Shown here in pieces: positions 49,401-60,757 of a stretch of 64,000 nt of DNA. Source of the DNA: Azolla caroliniana (taxonomy: Eukaryota; Plantae; Polypodiophyta); contig JBHGNT010000013.1 in NCBI GenBank assembly GCA_043228905.1, forward strand, positions 2,232,001 to 2,296,000, read 5' to 3'. Under the pieces are notes generated by a model, which searched no databases, was not told the origin of the DNA, and saw only the letters and a list, made by a program, of their open reading frames with translations. Position 1 is the first letter of the stretch; each line of letters opens with the position of its first letter. The position numbers and the translations under genes were made by a program.

Positions 49401-52400
49401 GGTTCAACGCCAGTCTTAAGCGTCCTAGCTACTGTACATTTTCTTCACATAATATATATCTTTTCTTATCATCACTCTCTCTCTCTCTCCCTCTCACTCA
49501 CTCTTTCCTTCTCTCGAGAGTTCTTCACCTCTCTTAGCACTAACACTTCTTTTAGTACTAAGTCCTTCTCTGTCTTAGTACTGTTCCTGACAGTCTGAAC
49601 CGATTTCTCTACCTTCTGTCTCTCTCATTTCCTACTAATCTCTTATTCCTCTTTTCTTTCATCCCATGGCCACTGTTAGCGCTGAAGAATATCAATCTGT
49701 TTTCTCGGAATTTCAATGCTTGAAAGAGAAGTTCCATGCTTTGGAACAAGAAAACCAACGGTTGCTGGGGGATCTTCAGCAAATCTCCTTAGAAAAGCAG
49801 CAAACGCAACAACAGCATGGGGAACTTGCGTTACGCGTGCAACAACTCGAAGCAACCATCATAGCGATGCAACAACAAGGGCCCGGAACACAAGGGATTT
49901 ATAAAGAACCCAAGATTGGCCTTCCCACGAAGTTCGATGGAACGCGATCGCAGTTTAGAGGGTTCCTTAACCAGGTACGATTAGTTATTCAAATACATCC
50001 TTCCCGGTATCCCACCGATGCATCACGAGTGGGTTTAGTAGGCACTTTGTTTAGTGGCTCAGCGTTGGCATGGTTCGCTCCACTATTAGAAAAGGAATCT
50101 CCGTTACTCAACAATTTTGAAGAGTTTCTAGGTGAGTTTAAAGCATGTTTCGGAGATACTGACAGCATCAGGACCGCAATAAACAAAATTCAGCGATTAC
50201 GCCAAGGTGACTGTCCAGCCTTCGCATACGCTGCAGATTTTCGCCTACTCGCCGCCGATATCCCTTGGGATGATCAAGCGTTGATGGAGCAATTCCGTTA
50301 TGTTTTACGCAACAACGTGAAGGATTTACTCTTGACCTTCCCCGAAGAGCCAAAGTCCTTAACAGAAGCAATCACTCGCGCGGTGAGATGTGACAACTGC
50401 CTCTTTGAGCGACGTTTGGAACGACACCTACAGATGCTGAGGGCAAGATCAGAGCCCACCAACGCCTCAGTGGTAGCAAGACCTTTTCCGAGGGAGTCAT
50501 ATAATGCGCCTCCACCGAATACTCCGACTCCGATTGTTTGATCATCTATTTGAATGATCTACTGGTTTATTCAAAGACCCAAGAAGAACATGATTCTGAT
50601 GTACTATTAGTACTAAAACGATTTCGAGAACATGGTCTATATGCAAAGCTGGAAAAATGCAGTTTCGGGTGCAACCAAGTGGAATTTCTCGGCTACATCA
50701 TTTCGTCAGACGTCAGAAGGCATCTCCATGGACCCAGCTAAGGTCAAAACGGTGGTAGAATAGCAGACTCTACGTTCGGTGCGGGATGTGCAATGCTTCC
50801 TAGGCTTTGCCAATTTTTACCGGAAGTTCATACAAGATTACTCAAAGATCGTTCTACCTCTCACACAACTTACCAGGAAGGGACAACCATTCATTTGGTC
50901 TGAAGAAACGGATGTGGCTTTCGAGAGTCTTAAAAAGGCATTTACATCGGCTCCAATTCTAGCTCATGTCGATCCGGAAAAACCATTCATTATCGAAGCT
51001 GACGCATCGGATTTTGCATTGGGGAGCATTGTGTCACAACAGGGGAATGATGAGAAGCTACATCCTGTGGCTTTTCACTCACGCAAGTTTGATGCCGCCG
51101 AAATCAACTACGAAATTCATGATAAGGAGTTATTGGCAATAGTGGATTCTTTTATGCAATGGAGGCATTTTTTGAAGCGATCCTCTCATCCGGTCACCGT
51201 ATTTAGTGACCACAAGAACCTCAGATCCAACTTCTTACGCTTTTCATCCGGTACATGCACATAGGCTATGCTACCAAAGATCCGAAGGTGTCTCAAATTC
51301 GACTTCTGCCCCAAAATACAACTCATGTGCCGACACCTCCTCCTGGATCCAGTTTTGGATGTAGAACCGTTGTTATGGGCATGACCATATAATATCCCGT
51401 GGTGAGAATTTACCGTAGTATTCTATACACGTGGATAAGTGTGAGGGTTAAACAAGAGTGTAAAGAAGGGGAGGATTACTTTTAATCCTCGGGATTGAGA
51501 CAACCCATTAGGTCAAGTGTGAACTTGCCTGGGGGCCTTGGGTATCGCTATAAATAAGAGGCCTAGCTACCCTCATTTGATCATCTTCTTGACTACATCG
51601 AGACTCTGCTCTTGTGGTGGGTCAACTCTTGTAGCGAGCGCGCCAGCACCAGGTACGAGTCGACGCCACGGCGGTGGTATGGGACGCCGATCGAGGCTCA
51701 AGTCTGTCTCGATCCCTTCGCTCGGGGGTGGTCGGGTGGATCGGCACCCTTCTTTCTCTTTCTCCTTTCTATCTATCATTTCTTTATCCTTATCTTAAGC
51801 TTACTTTAGTACTTAGATCTCTAATAACCGCGTCAGCCTAGTAGAATTTGGGCATGCTCTTCTCCTCTTGCATTGCCCTTGCAGCGTCGACAATCGTTCG
51901 TTGCGTGACTCGGGTGGGAACCTTTGGGGTTTTGGACTAGGAAGAGGAAGAATTTGAGACAAGTTTATATTTATGGATAGATTATTAGAAAGAGAGATAG
52001 AAATTTCGTGAATCCCACGAGTGTATTGTATTCGATTAATCAATATTTAGATAAGAATATGTAGAAGATTGAAAGAAAGAGATTAAAAAGAACTTGTGAA
52101 TCCCACAAGTATAGATTATGTCGTGAATCCCACGAATATATTTTGTTAATTGGTGTTTTAGGATATATATCCAATTTCCAAATAATCCACACACTTATTA
52201 CATTGTGCTCCCCATCCTTATATGGTGATGAGAGAGTCTTCACAATCCATGCATAAACTTTATGCTTTTCCTATCAATAGACTATATGCTTTATTTAACA
52301 TGCTTTTTCTAAAGTGATCATGCTTTTTCTAATTTGTGTGTTTTTTATTGACTATAGTGTTCATGCATGCTACAGGTGCATGTGTAGCTTTTTCTTTTAT

Positions 52401-53637
52401 CATGCGTTTTTCTAAAGTTTATCCTAGCGTGAACTTTCATTTTTATGTTGGACATCTACTTTTTAATACTAATGAAAAGCTAGTTAAATGGTAAGACATT
52501 ACGTTATTAACATGGAGGTCCAATGTTCGAATCTTGCCCTGTGCATGTAATGCTTAGTTTGATATTTTCTTCTTTTTTCTTCATATTTATTCAATCGGTT
52601 ATTTTATATTATTTTCATGTAGTGTACTAAATACACTACAACACTCACCCCCTCCGAAACCACAAATCCTCCGGCATGTGCAGAAGTTGTCGGTGATTGT
52701 TAGCCTTCTCCGTCCGGTCTCCGCCTGGTTTGTTTCATCACTAGTCGTTTTCGGTTGCCGGCTGCGTCTGTTCGCCGATTTTCAGTTGCTTGCTCTACCC
52801 GGTTTCCGGTTACTGGCCCTCGTAATTCTTCTTTACTTGTAGTACCCTCCGTTTCTCTTGCTATGTCCACTTTGTCTCTCCATTTCGAGCACAACCATTC
52901 TTTCCACCCAACTCATTTTCACCATCCGATCCACCATAGTCTTCGTTCACTCTTTGCATAGCCATGGCTGATTGTCGCAACTCCTCGTGCTATTCTTAAG
53001 CATAACCATTCATGTCTTGTCAAATTTGCTTGGCCCGCTTGGTCCTTCTTATCTGTTGTAGTGCCTTTACTTGGCCTTGTCCTTGTCTTTATCAATGTCG
53101 AATTCTCTTCGAATCTCTGGTTGAGTCAGATTAGCTTCTTTCCAAATCGGTGTCGTCCGATCGTCTTTCGGTTGGATCGGCTTCCATTCCGATTTGGAGT
53201 TGGTTGATTGGTTTTTACCGATTCAATAGTTGCTTCCTTTTCCTTGTTTTGACCGGTCTCGACCGGTTCGACCTCCAGCATTTCTTTCCGGATCGGTCTC
53301 ATCTAGTCGGCTTTTGGTTGGAATGATTTCCGTCCGCATGGAACTCGACGAATTGGATTTTGTCCAAATCCACTTCTGCTTGCTTTAGCTTTCGTTTAGA
53401 CCGGAATTCCGGCCGGATCATCTTGCGTCCAGATCCTCTTTCGGCTTTACATTCTTTGCTCGCACCTCCTGTCTCTCTGGTCTCACGTTGGTTCTCGAAC
53501 ACAACTGCCGAAGTCTCTATAATTAATGGGTAGGAATCGTCGGTATTATCGTCCTCCGTCGTTTCACCCATAGCCACCTTCTCGTCTATCTCTCCGTCGT
53601 CTGCATCATCTTCGACCTTTGTTTTCTCTCCGTCTCT
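46428..53637. repeat. Second copy of segmental duplication of 4362-14400 (with internal deletions)
   Basis: Same order of TE fragments and the same junctions; paired near-identical ORFs such as 9918 vs 49666 and 12308 vs 51538. Confidence 0.92.
49179..51225 (+). mobile_element. Duplicate of truncated chromovirus D (LTR 49179-49592, gag 49666-50535, RT/RH)
   Basis: Near-identical to 9399-11990 with an extra deletion of about 520 bp. Confidence 0.9.
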
Positions 53638-54433
53638 TGTTGAGAACTCGACGTTCCTTATGTCCGACGCTCGGCCACAACCAAGATTCTTTTCATACAC
53701 AGAAAAAGAGGTAATGAAACGCGACACAAAGGGGAGAAATGGTACATAGGAGGTTTACGTGGAAAAAAAACCCCAAAATAGGGGAAAAACCATGGCAGCC
53801 CACAGGCTGCAAACTGTCACTATGTAGGAATATACAACAGTGAGTTCACTGAGGCAACGACCTCGTGCTCTCAGATCTTCGCCACAAGCGGCGGTTACAA
53901 CAGAGGCAACGACCTCGTCTCTCACTCCCTCTCTCTCTCTGTATAGTTACGCGCTCTCACTTCTTCTTGGACCAACAAGGAAGAATAACAGTAGAACACA
54001 AAAAAGTTTGCCCTAAGTCATATTTATACTAATATGACTTTTCGACTAATTACAAATGTAGCCTCGATGGGCTCTCAGAAACATATTTACGAATATGTCT
54101 CTTCCTCCGGTTCATACCGGGCCTGCACTATCCGGCTCTCCGTAGTCGGGTACTCCCCATCTGGTTCATCCCGGGCCTACACCATCCGGCTCTCCACAGT
54201 CGGGTACTCCCCATCCAGTTCATACCGGGCCTACACCATCCGGCTCTCCGTAGTCGGGTACTCCCCATCCGGTTCATACCAGGCCTACACCATCCGGCTC
54301 TCCGCAGTCGGGTACCCCCCATCCGGTTCATACCGTTTCGGCCGAGGCCTGTCTGCCTCCGCCGAGTTTGTTCATCGGCATTGCTCTTCTCCCTTCCCAT
54401 CCGGAGGGACCTGTCTCCCAACAAACTCCCCCT

Positions 54434-55933
54434 TCACTCCGGCATGGGGTGTCTTTCCAGCCTGATCCTCTTCCGGCATGCATCCAGCTTGTCAGGTGTC
54501 AGCACTTTGGTCAGCATATCTGACCCGTTCTCGGCCGTGTGGATCTTCGCCAGTGCGAACTCCTGGTCATCTACCCTTTCCTGGATCCAGTGATACCTCC
54601 GCTGGATATGCTTCGTCCGGGAATGGGAGGCCGCATTCTTAGCAAGGTGGATGGCACTTTGACTGTCGTAGTAGAGTCGGTATTCCTCTTGCCGGATACC
54701 GAGCTCTCCGATGAAGTCCTTCATCCATAATATTTCCTTGCCGGCTTCTACAGCCACCATGTACTCCGCCTCTGTGGTTGACAATGCAACCGTCTTCTGC
54801 AGCCTTGACTGCCACGAAACAGCTCCCCCTGCATATGTCATCACATACCCGGATGTAGACCGGCTGGTATCCACATCAGCCGACATGTCCGAATCGGTGA
54901 AACTGTCCAGTTGAGGTTTCCTGGAGCCGAATCGGAGGCACATATTTGAAGTGCCCTTCAAATACCGGAGTATCCATTTGACCGCGTTCCAATGCTCCTT
55001 GCCGGGATTACTCATGAGCCGGCTCACCACTCCGACTGCGTATCCAATGTCCGGTCGGGTACAAACCATTGTGTACATCAAGCTCCCGACGGTAGAGGCA
55101 TATGGAATCTTCATCATTTCTGCCTTCTCTCCTTTTGTCTTCGGGCTTTGCTTGCCAGACAACTTGCAGTTTGCCGGAAGTGTCGATCCGACCGGTTTTG
55201 CATCTGACATGTTGAACCGCTGAAGCACCTTTGTCACATACTTCTCCTGTGACAACCATACTTGCTTCACTAACCGGTCCCGAATGATGTGCATACCCAA
55301 CATCTGTCTTGCCGGACCCAAGTCTTTCATTGAGAAGGTACGGTTGAGAGCCTTCTTCAGCATCCGTATTTTGCCTTGGTCTCGTCCGACGATCAACATG
55401 TCATCCACGTACAGGAGAAGTATCAGGAAGTCCCCTCCTTCGAACTTCTTCACGAACACGCAGTGATCGGCCTGCGTCTTATGGTACCCTTGATCGGTCA
55501 TGAAGGAGTCGAACTTCCGGTACCATTGCCGGGGAGCCTGCTTCAGTTCGTACAAGCTCTTCTTCAACCGCCATACCAGGTGCTCCTTCCCTTTCTCCAC
55601 AAATCCTTCCGGTTGCTGCATGTAGATTTCCTCTTCGAGGTCGCCGTGAAGGAATGTCGTCTTCACGTCCAGCTGCTCTACCTCGAGATCCATGCTTGCT
55701 GCTATACTCAGCACCGTCCGGATGGAGGTCATCTTTACTACCGGGGCGAATATTTCATCGAAGTCCACGCCCTTCTTCTGTTGGAACCCCTTCACCACGA
55801 TCCTGGCTTTGTATCTCGGGGGGTTGCCGGCATCTCCCGGTTTCAACTTGTACACCCACTTGTTTCGGAGTGCCCGCTTTCCTTTCGGCAGCTCCGCCAA
55901 TTCGTACGTATGGTTCTCATGCAGAGAATCCAT
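54434..55933 (-). CDS. Copia RT-RNase H (cut off from upstream pol by a TAG at 55940 and a frameshift near 56290)
   Basis: KARIVVKGFQQ, QLDVKTTFLHG, LLYVDD, TEAEY, RTKHI. Confidence 0.9.
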   Translation of the reverse strand: MDSLHENHTYELAELPKGKRALRNKWVYKLKPGDAGNPPRYKARIVVKGFQQKKGVDFDEIFAPVVKMTSIRTVLSIAASMDLEVEQLDVKTTFLHGDLEEEIYMQQPEGFVEKGKEHLVWRLKKSLYELKQAPRQWYRKFDSFMTDQGYHKTQADHCVFVKKFEGGDFLILLLYVDDMLIVGRDQGKIRMLKKALNRTFSMKDLGPARQMLGMHIIRDRLVKQVWLSQEKYVTKVLQRFNMSDAKPVGSTLPANCKLSGKQSPKTKGEKAEMMKIPYASTVGSLMYTMVCTRPDIGYAVGVVSRLMSNPGKEHWNAVKWILRYLKGTSNMCLRFGSRKPQLDSFTDSDMSADVDTSRSTSGYVMTYAGGAVSWQSRLQKTVALSTTEAEYMVAVEAGKEILWMKDFIGELGIRQEEYRLYYDSQSAIHLAKNAASHSRTKHIQRRYHWIQERVDDQEFALAKIHTAENGSDMLTKVLTPDKLDACRKRIRLERHPMPE

Positions 55934-57173
55934 CTCATCCTACATGGCACTTAACCATTTTCGGCTGTGGGTGTCTTCCTTCGCTTCTTCGAAGCTTTCC
56001 GGCTCCCCCTCATCGGTCAGCAGGACATGCTCTGCATCCGGAAATCTCCGGGGCGCCCTTCTGTCTCTGAGAGGACATCTACGTCTTCGGGCTTCGGTAA
56101 CTGGTTCCTCCATTTGCTCTTCATCCGAATCCGATTCGGGGTCTTGACCGGTTCCGGTCTCAGCTTCCTCTACTTCTTCTTCTGCCGGTTCGGTATCCTC
56201 ACCATAACCGGCTGGTTCCTCGAGTGCTAACCAGTCTCTTGCCGGTTGGGTCTGCTCATTGTAGAGTCTATCCTTACCGGTCGGCGAGCGTCTTGTCCTC
56301 CATGAAGATAATATCTCGACTCCGGAATACCTTCTTGTCGACCGGGTCCCACACTCGGTAGCCGAACTCATCGTCACCGTAACCGAGGAATATGCATGGC
56401 CGGGTCTTTGGATCTAGCTTTCCTCTCCGGTCCTTTGCTACATGCACGTACGCGAGACACCCGAACACCCTCAGATGCCGGTAGGACACTTCCTTACCGG
56501 TCCATACTCTCTGTGGCGTGTCTCCGTCCAACGGTACTGAGGGTGATCTGTTTATCACATATGTCGCCGTCGACAGTGCCTCAGCCCAAAACTTCTTGGG
56601 TAGTTTTGCATGCGCTAGCATACTCCGGACCCTCTCCATTATGGTCCGGTTCATCCTCTCGGCTAGTCCGTTTAGTTCCGGCGTCTTCGACACGGTAAAT
56701 TCGAGCCGGATTCCCTTCGAGCGGCAGTTGTCAGGAACTCTATTAAGGCAGAGAAGGAATTAGTACTAAAAGAAGGATTAGTACTATTGTTGGGGAATAG
56801 TACTAAGACAGAGAAGGATTAGTACTATGAGAGGTGTCGAACTTTGAGAGAAGGAATGAGTGAGTGAGAGAGAGAGAGAGAGAGAGAATGATGATGCGAA
56901 AGATATATGTATTATATGACGGAAGATATACAACAGTAGTTAGAAGGCTTAAGACTGGCGTTGAACCGATTTGGTTCGAACTAATGCCTTGTGCCTCCTT
57001 TTATAGTGTCTTCAGGAATACTCCTGAAGTTTCTAGAATGTTCCAGAGAAATCTGGAATATACATCAATTTCCTAATAAAACCTAAATGAAAATAATATC
57101 CTTCAAATTACAACTCATAACCTAATGGTAAAGTCTCGACCCGTGTAACAAAAGGTTATGGGTTCGAGTCTAG

Positions 57174-60100
57174 TTATGACACTATCCCCCCTTTAAAACG
57201 ACGAGTTTCACGAGTCGTTTTGGATTGAGGACCCGGTTTCTCGGGATATCGTCGATGGAAGTCTTCTAGAAGAGCACGAGCATTGGTCACATTCTCGATC
57301 GGTTCCCAAGTACGCTCGCTGGGACTATATCCTAGCCAATCGACTAGATAGTAGAGCTTGTTGCGAACAATCTTGGAATCGAGGATGGCAGCGACCTCAT
57401 ACTCAGGTCCATCTTCGAGCTCGATAGGAGGTGGAGGTTGTATAGTACGTCCTGGGATAGTGCTCTCGTGATAGGGTTCGAGGAGAGAACTATGAAACAC
57501 CGGGTGTATCCGAAGTTGCGGAGGTAGCTCGAGACGAAAAGCGACATCATTAATCTTCCCGATAATACGGAAAGGACCTAATCGTCGATAATCCAACTTC
57601 TCACATGGGCGAGTAGTCTTGATGTGTCGTCGTAGCAGCCACACCCGATCTCCAATGTTAAAACTGGATGGAAGTCGATGACGATCTGCGTAGTCCTTGT
57701 GTGATTGTTGAGCTTGCTGGAGTTGAGTAGATAAATCCGCTTGTATCTTGCGTAACCGCTCCAAACGATCCTCCGCGCAAGGATTTGTGGACACTTCTGG
57801 GGTTTCAAGGACACACCACCGGGGATGATATCCCGTATAAGCGTAGAATGGCGTGACTTTAGTCGATGCGTGGATAGCGTTATTATAGGCAAATTCGGCG
57901 AACGGAAGAATATCTGCCCAGTCATTCTGATGATAGTTGAGAAAGCACCGCAGATACTGCTCCAGTGTTTGATTTGTTCGTTCGGCTTGACCGTCGGTTT
58001 GTGGGTGGTAGCCGGAGGAGAGGTTACAAGTGACCTTCAGCATTTTAAAAAGGTGCTTCCAGAATTTTGACACAAACTGGGGTCCACGATCGCTGATGAT
58101 ATTATCAGGGAGTCCATGATGCCGACATACTTCCCGCATGACAATTTCGGCGGTGTCTTCACTAGATATTTCTTTAGTACATGGTAAGAAATGAGCCATC
58201 TTCGTGTATCGATCCACCACTGTGAGAATCGCACTGAATCCCTTAGAGACTGGAAGATCTGTAATGAAGTCAAGAGCAATGGATTGCCATGGCTTGCTTG
58301 GAATTGGTAATGGTTCTAATAAACCATATGGATGATGTCTTGGCATTTTCGCTCTGCAGCATGTATCGCAAGTCCGAACAAAATCTTCGACAAATTGTCG
58401 CATACGGGGCCACCAGAATGATCGTTGTACTAAATCTAATGTTTTAGTACTACCAAAATGTCCTGCTGTATATGTGTCATGGCAGTTTTGTACTACTCGA
58501 AGGCGGCAAGAACCATTAGGAACATACAAAAGTTCTTTAAAGAAGAGGAATCCATCACAGTATTTGAATTGCCGATAATCCGTACCTGGTGATTGTGATT
58601 GTGAACATGACGCTCGAGAGGGGTCAATTTGTGCTAGTATAGCTTGGGCGAAAGCGTCAGTCTTCAAGTCCTCACGTATAGTATTGGTAATGTCGGAATC
58701 CACGGGCATGTCAAAGATCTGTGCTGCTTGCAGTCGTGCTGGACCCAAGATTACCTGCTTCTGGTTATCGAAAGCTGGCTCACCGGGACGTGGTGTTAGA
58801 TACGAACGCCGTGATAATGCATCTGCCTTCCCTTGGTGCTTCCCCGGACGATATGTAATTTTGAAGTCGAAGCGTGTGAGGAAATGGGCCCACCGAGCTT
58901 GACGTCGATTCAGTACACGAGCATCTTGAAAGTAGGCAAGGTTCTTGTGGTCACTGAATACAGTGACCTGATGAGGAGATCCCTCCAGGAAATGCCTCCA
59001 TTGCATAAAAGAATCAACTATTGCTAATAGCTCTTTATCATGAATTTCGTAGTTGATTTCGGCGGCGTCAAACTTACGGGAGTGGAAAGCCACAAGATGT
59101 AGCTTCTCGTCGTTACCCTGTTGTGACAGAATGCTCCCCAATGCGAAATCCGATGCATCAGCTTCGATAATGAATGGTTTTTCCGGATCCACATGACCTA
59201 AAATTGGAGCTGATGTAAACGCCTTCTTAAGACTCTCGAAAGCCATGTCCGTCTCTTTAGACCAAATGAATGATTGTCCCTTCCTGGTGAGCTGTGTGAG
59301 AGGCAGCACAATTTTTGAGTAATTTTGTATGAACTTCCGGTAGAAATTTGCAAAGCCTAGGAAGCATTGCACATCCCGCACCGAACGCGGAGTGTGCCAT
59401 TCTATCACCGTTTTGACCTTGGCTGGGTCCATAGATATGCCTTCTGAGGAGATGACATAGCCGAGAAACTCCACTTGGTTGCACCCGAAACTACATTTCT
59501 CTAACTTTGCATACAGACCATGTTCTCGAAGTCGTTTTAGTACTAATAGTACATGAGAATCATGTTCTTCTTGGGTCTTTGAATAAACCAGTAGATCATC
59601 CAAATAGATGATCAAAAAATCATCCAAGAGGTCTCGAAATATATCATTCGCCATGTGCTGGAAGACTGCCGGCGCATTAGTGAGTCCGAACGGCATGACC
59701 GTATACTCGAAGTGCCCATATCTGGTGCGAAACGCGGTCTTCCATTCATCTCCTGGTCGGATCCGTACGAGGTTATAGGCTCCTCGTAAGTCGATCTTCG
59801 TGAAGAACCTGGCACCGTTGATCCGTTCTAAAAGACTTGAGATAAGGGGAAGAGCATACCTATTTCTTACTGTGACCTTATTCAAGCCACGGTAATCTAC
59901 AACGAGTCGAAGCGAGCCATCTTTTTTCTTGACGAAGAAAATGGGTGCGCCGGCTGGAGATTTCGAATGCCGAATGAAACCGTTCTCCAAATTCTCCTCT
60001 ATATAGGCTCGAAGGACTTCTAGCTCGGTTGGTGACAAATTGTAGATCGGCCCCCATGGCGGCTCTTTTCCCGGTTGTAAGTCGATGGCGCAGTCGTACG

Positions 60101-60731
60101 GCCGATGATGAGGAAGTGTGTTGGCTTGTACTTTATCGAACACATCAGCATACTGACGATACTTCTCGGGAAGTTGAACGATGGACTCCTCTTTGGTGGT
60201 GCTGGAGGGTTGTACTGATATTGCAAAGAGAAACATTTCCTCCTTGCGCCCTTCCTCACGCAACTGACGTAGCGAAATGGTTGCAACCTTCTGGGTAGAT
60301 CCTTGGGTTTGTCGCAACCGGATTTCCCTTGTCCTCCAATCTATGTCTGGGTCATGTAACTCGAACCATGGTAATCCTAAAACTATGGGATGTTCTGGAA
60401 TACTAATAATATTAAATGATACTACACATGTTAAGTTATCTAGGACAATATTAACGGGTTCCGACTCTTCTATGATATTACCAGAAGCAATGGGACGACC
60501 ATCAATGACTACTACTGAGGCTGGACATGGGAGCTTTCTGAGAGATATCTGATGAGCTCGGGCAAAATTCCTATCCATGAAGCAAGAATTAGCTCCGGAA
60601 TCTAGAAGGGCTAAGGTATGTACTGGAGGGGTACTTTTAGTACTAACTGCTACTTGGACTACGAACACATCACTAACTTGCTTAGAGGGAATGGAACCAC
60701 TAATGGGCTGCACAGATCTAGGGCTGTCCAA
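57174..60731 (-). CDS. pol: Pol polyprotein: protease, RT, RNase H, integrase, chromodomain
   Basis: LLDSGA, YLDD, DASD, HHCC, DFITDLP, GPF, EYEVAAILDS...YLVDWLGY...TWEP. Confidence 0.95.
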   Translation of the reverse strand: MDSPRSVQPISGSIPSKQVSDVFVVQVAVSTKSTPPVHTLALLDSGANSCFMDRNFARAHQISLRKLPCPASVVVIDGRPIASGNIIEESEPVNIVLDNLTCVVSFNIISIPEHPIVLGLPWFELHDPDIDWRTREIRLRQTQGSTQKVATISLRQLREEGRKEEMFLFAISVQPSSTTKEESIVQLPEKYRQYADVFDKVQANTLPHHRPYDCAIDLQPGKEPPWGPIYNLSPTELEVLRAYIEENLENGFIRHSKSPAGAPIFFVKKKDGSLRLVVDYRGLNKVTVRNRYALPLISSLLERINGARFFTKIDLRGAYNLVRIRPGDEWKTAFRTRYGHFEYTVMPFGLTNAPAVFQHMANDIFRDLLDDFLIIYLDDLLVYSKTQEEHDSHVLLVLKRLREHGLYAKLEKCSFGCNQVEFLGYVISSEGISMDPAKVKTVIEWHTPRSVRDVQCFLGFANFYRKFIQNYSKIVLPLTQLTRKGQSFIWSKETDMAFESLKKAFTSAPILGHVDPEKPFIIEADASDFALGSILSQQGNDEKLHLVAFHSRKFDAAEINYEIHDKELLAIVDSFMQWRHFLEGSPHQVTVFSDHKNLAYFQDARVLNRRQARWAHFLTRFDFKITYRPGKHQGKADALSRRSYLTPRPGEPAFDNQKQVILGPARLQAAQIFDMPVDSDITNTIREDLKTDAFAQAILAQIDPSRASCSQSQSPGTDYRQFKYCDGFLFFKELLYVPNGSCRLRVVQNCHDTYTAGHFGSTKTLDLVQRSFWWPRMRQFVEDFVRTCDTCCRAKMPRHHPYGLLEPLPIPSKPWQSIALDFITDLPVSKGFSAILTVVDRYTKMAHFLPCTKEISSEDTAEIVMREVCRHHGLPDNIISDRGPQFVSKFWKHLFKMLKVTCNLSSGYHPQTDGQAERTNQTLEQYLRCFLNYHQNDWADILPFAEFAYNNAIHASTKVTPFYAYTGYHPRWCVLETPEVSTNPCAEDRLERLRKIQADLSTQLQQAQQSHKDYADRHRLPSSFNIGDRVWLLRRHIKTTRPCEKLDYRRLGPFRIIGKINDVAFRLELPPQLRIHPVFHSSLLEPYHESTIPGRTIQPPPPIELEDGPEYEVAAILDSKIVRNKLYYLVDWLGYSPSERTWEPIENVTNARALLEDFHRRYPEKPGPQSKTTRETRRFKGGIVS

Positions 60732-60757
60732 CCAAACGGCTCCTATTTTGGCTGGAC

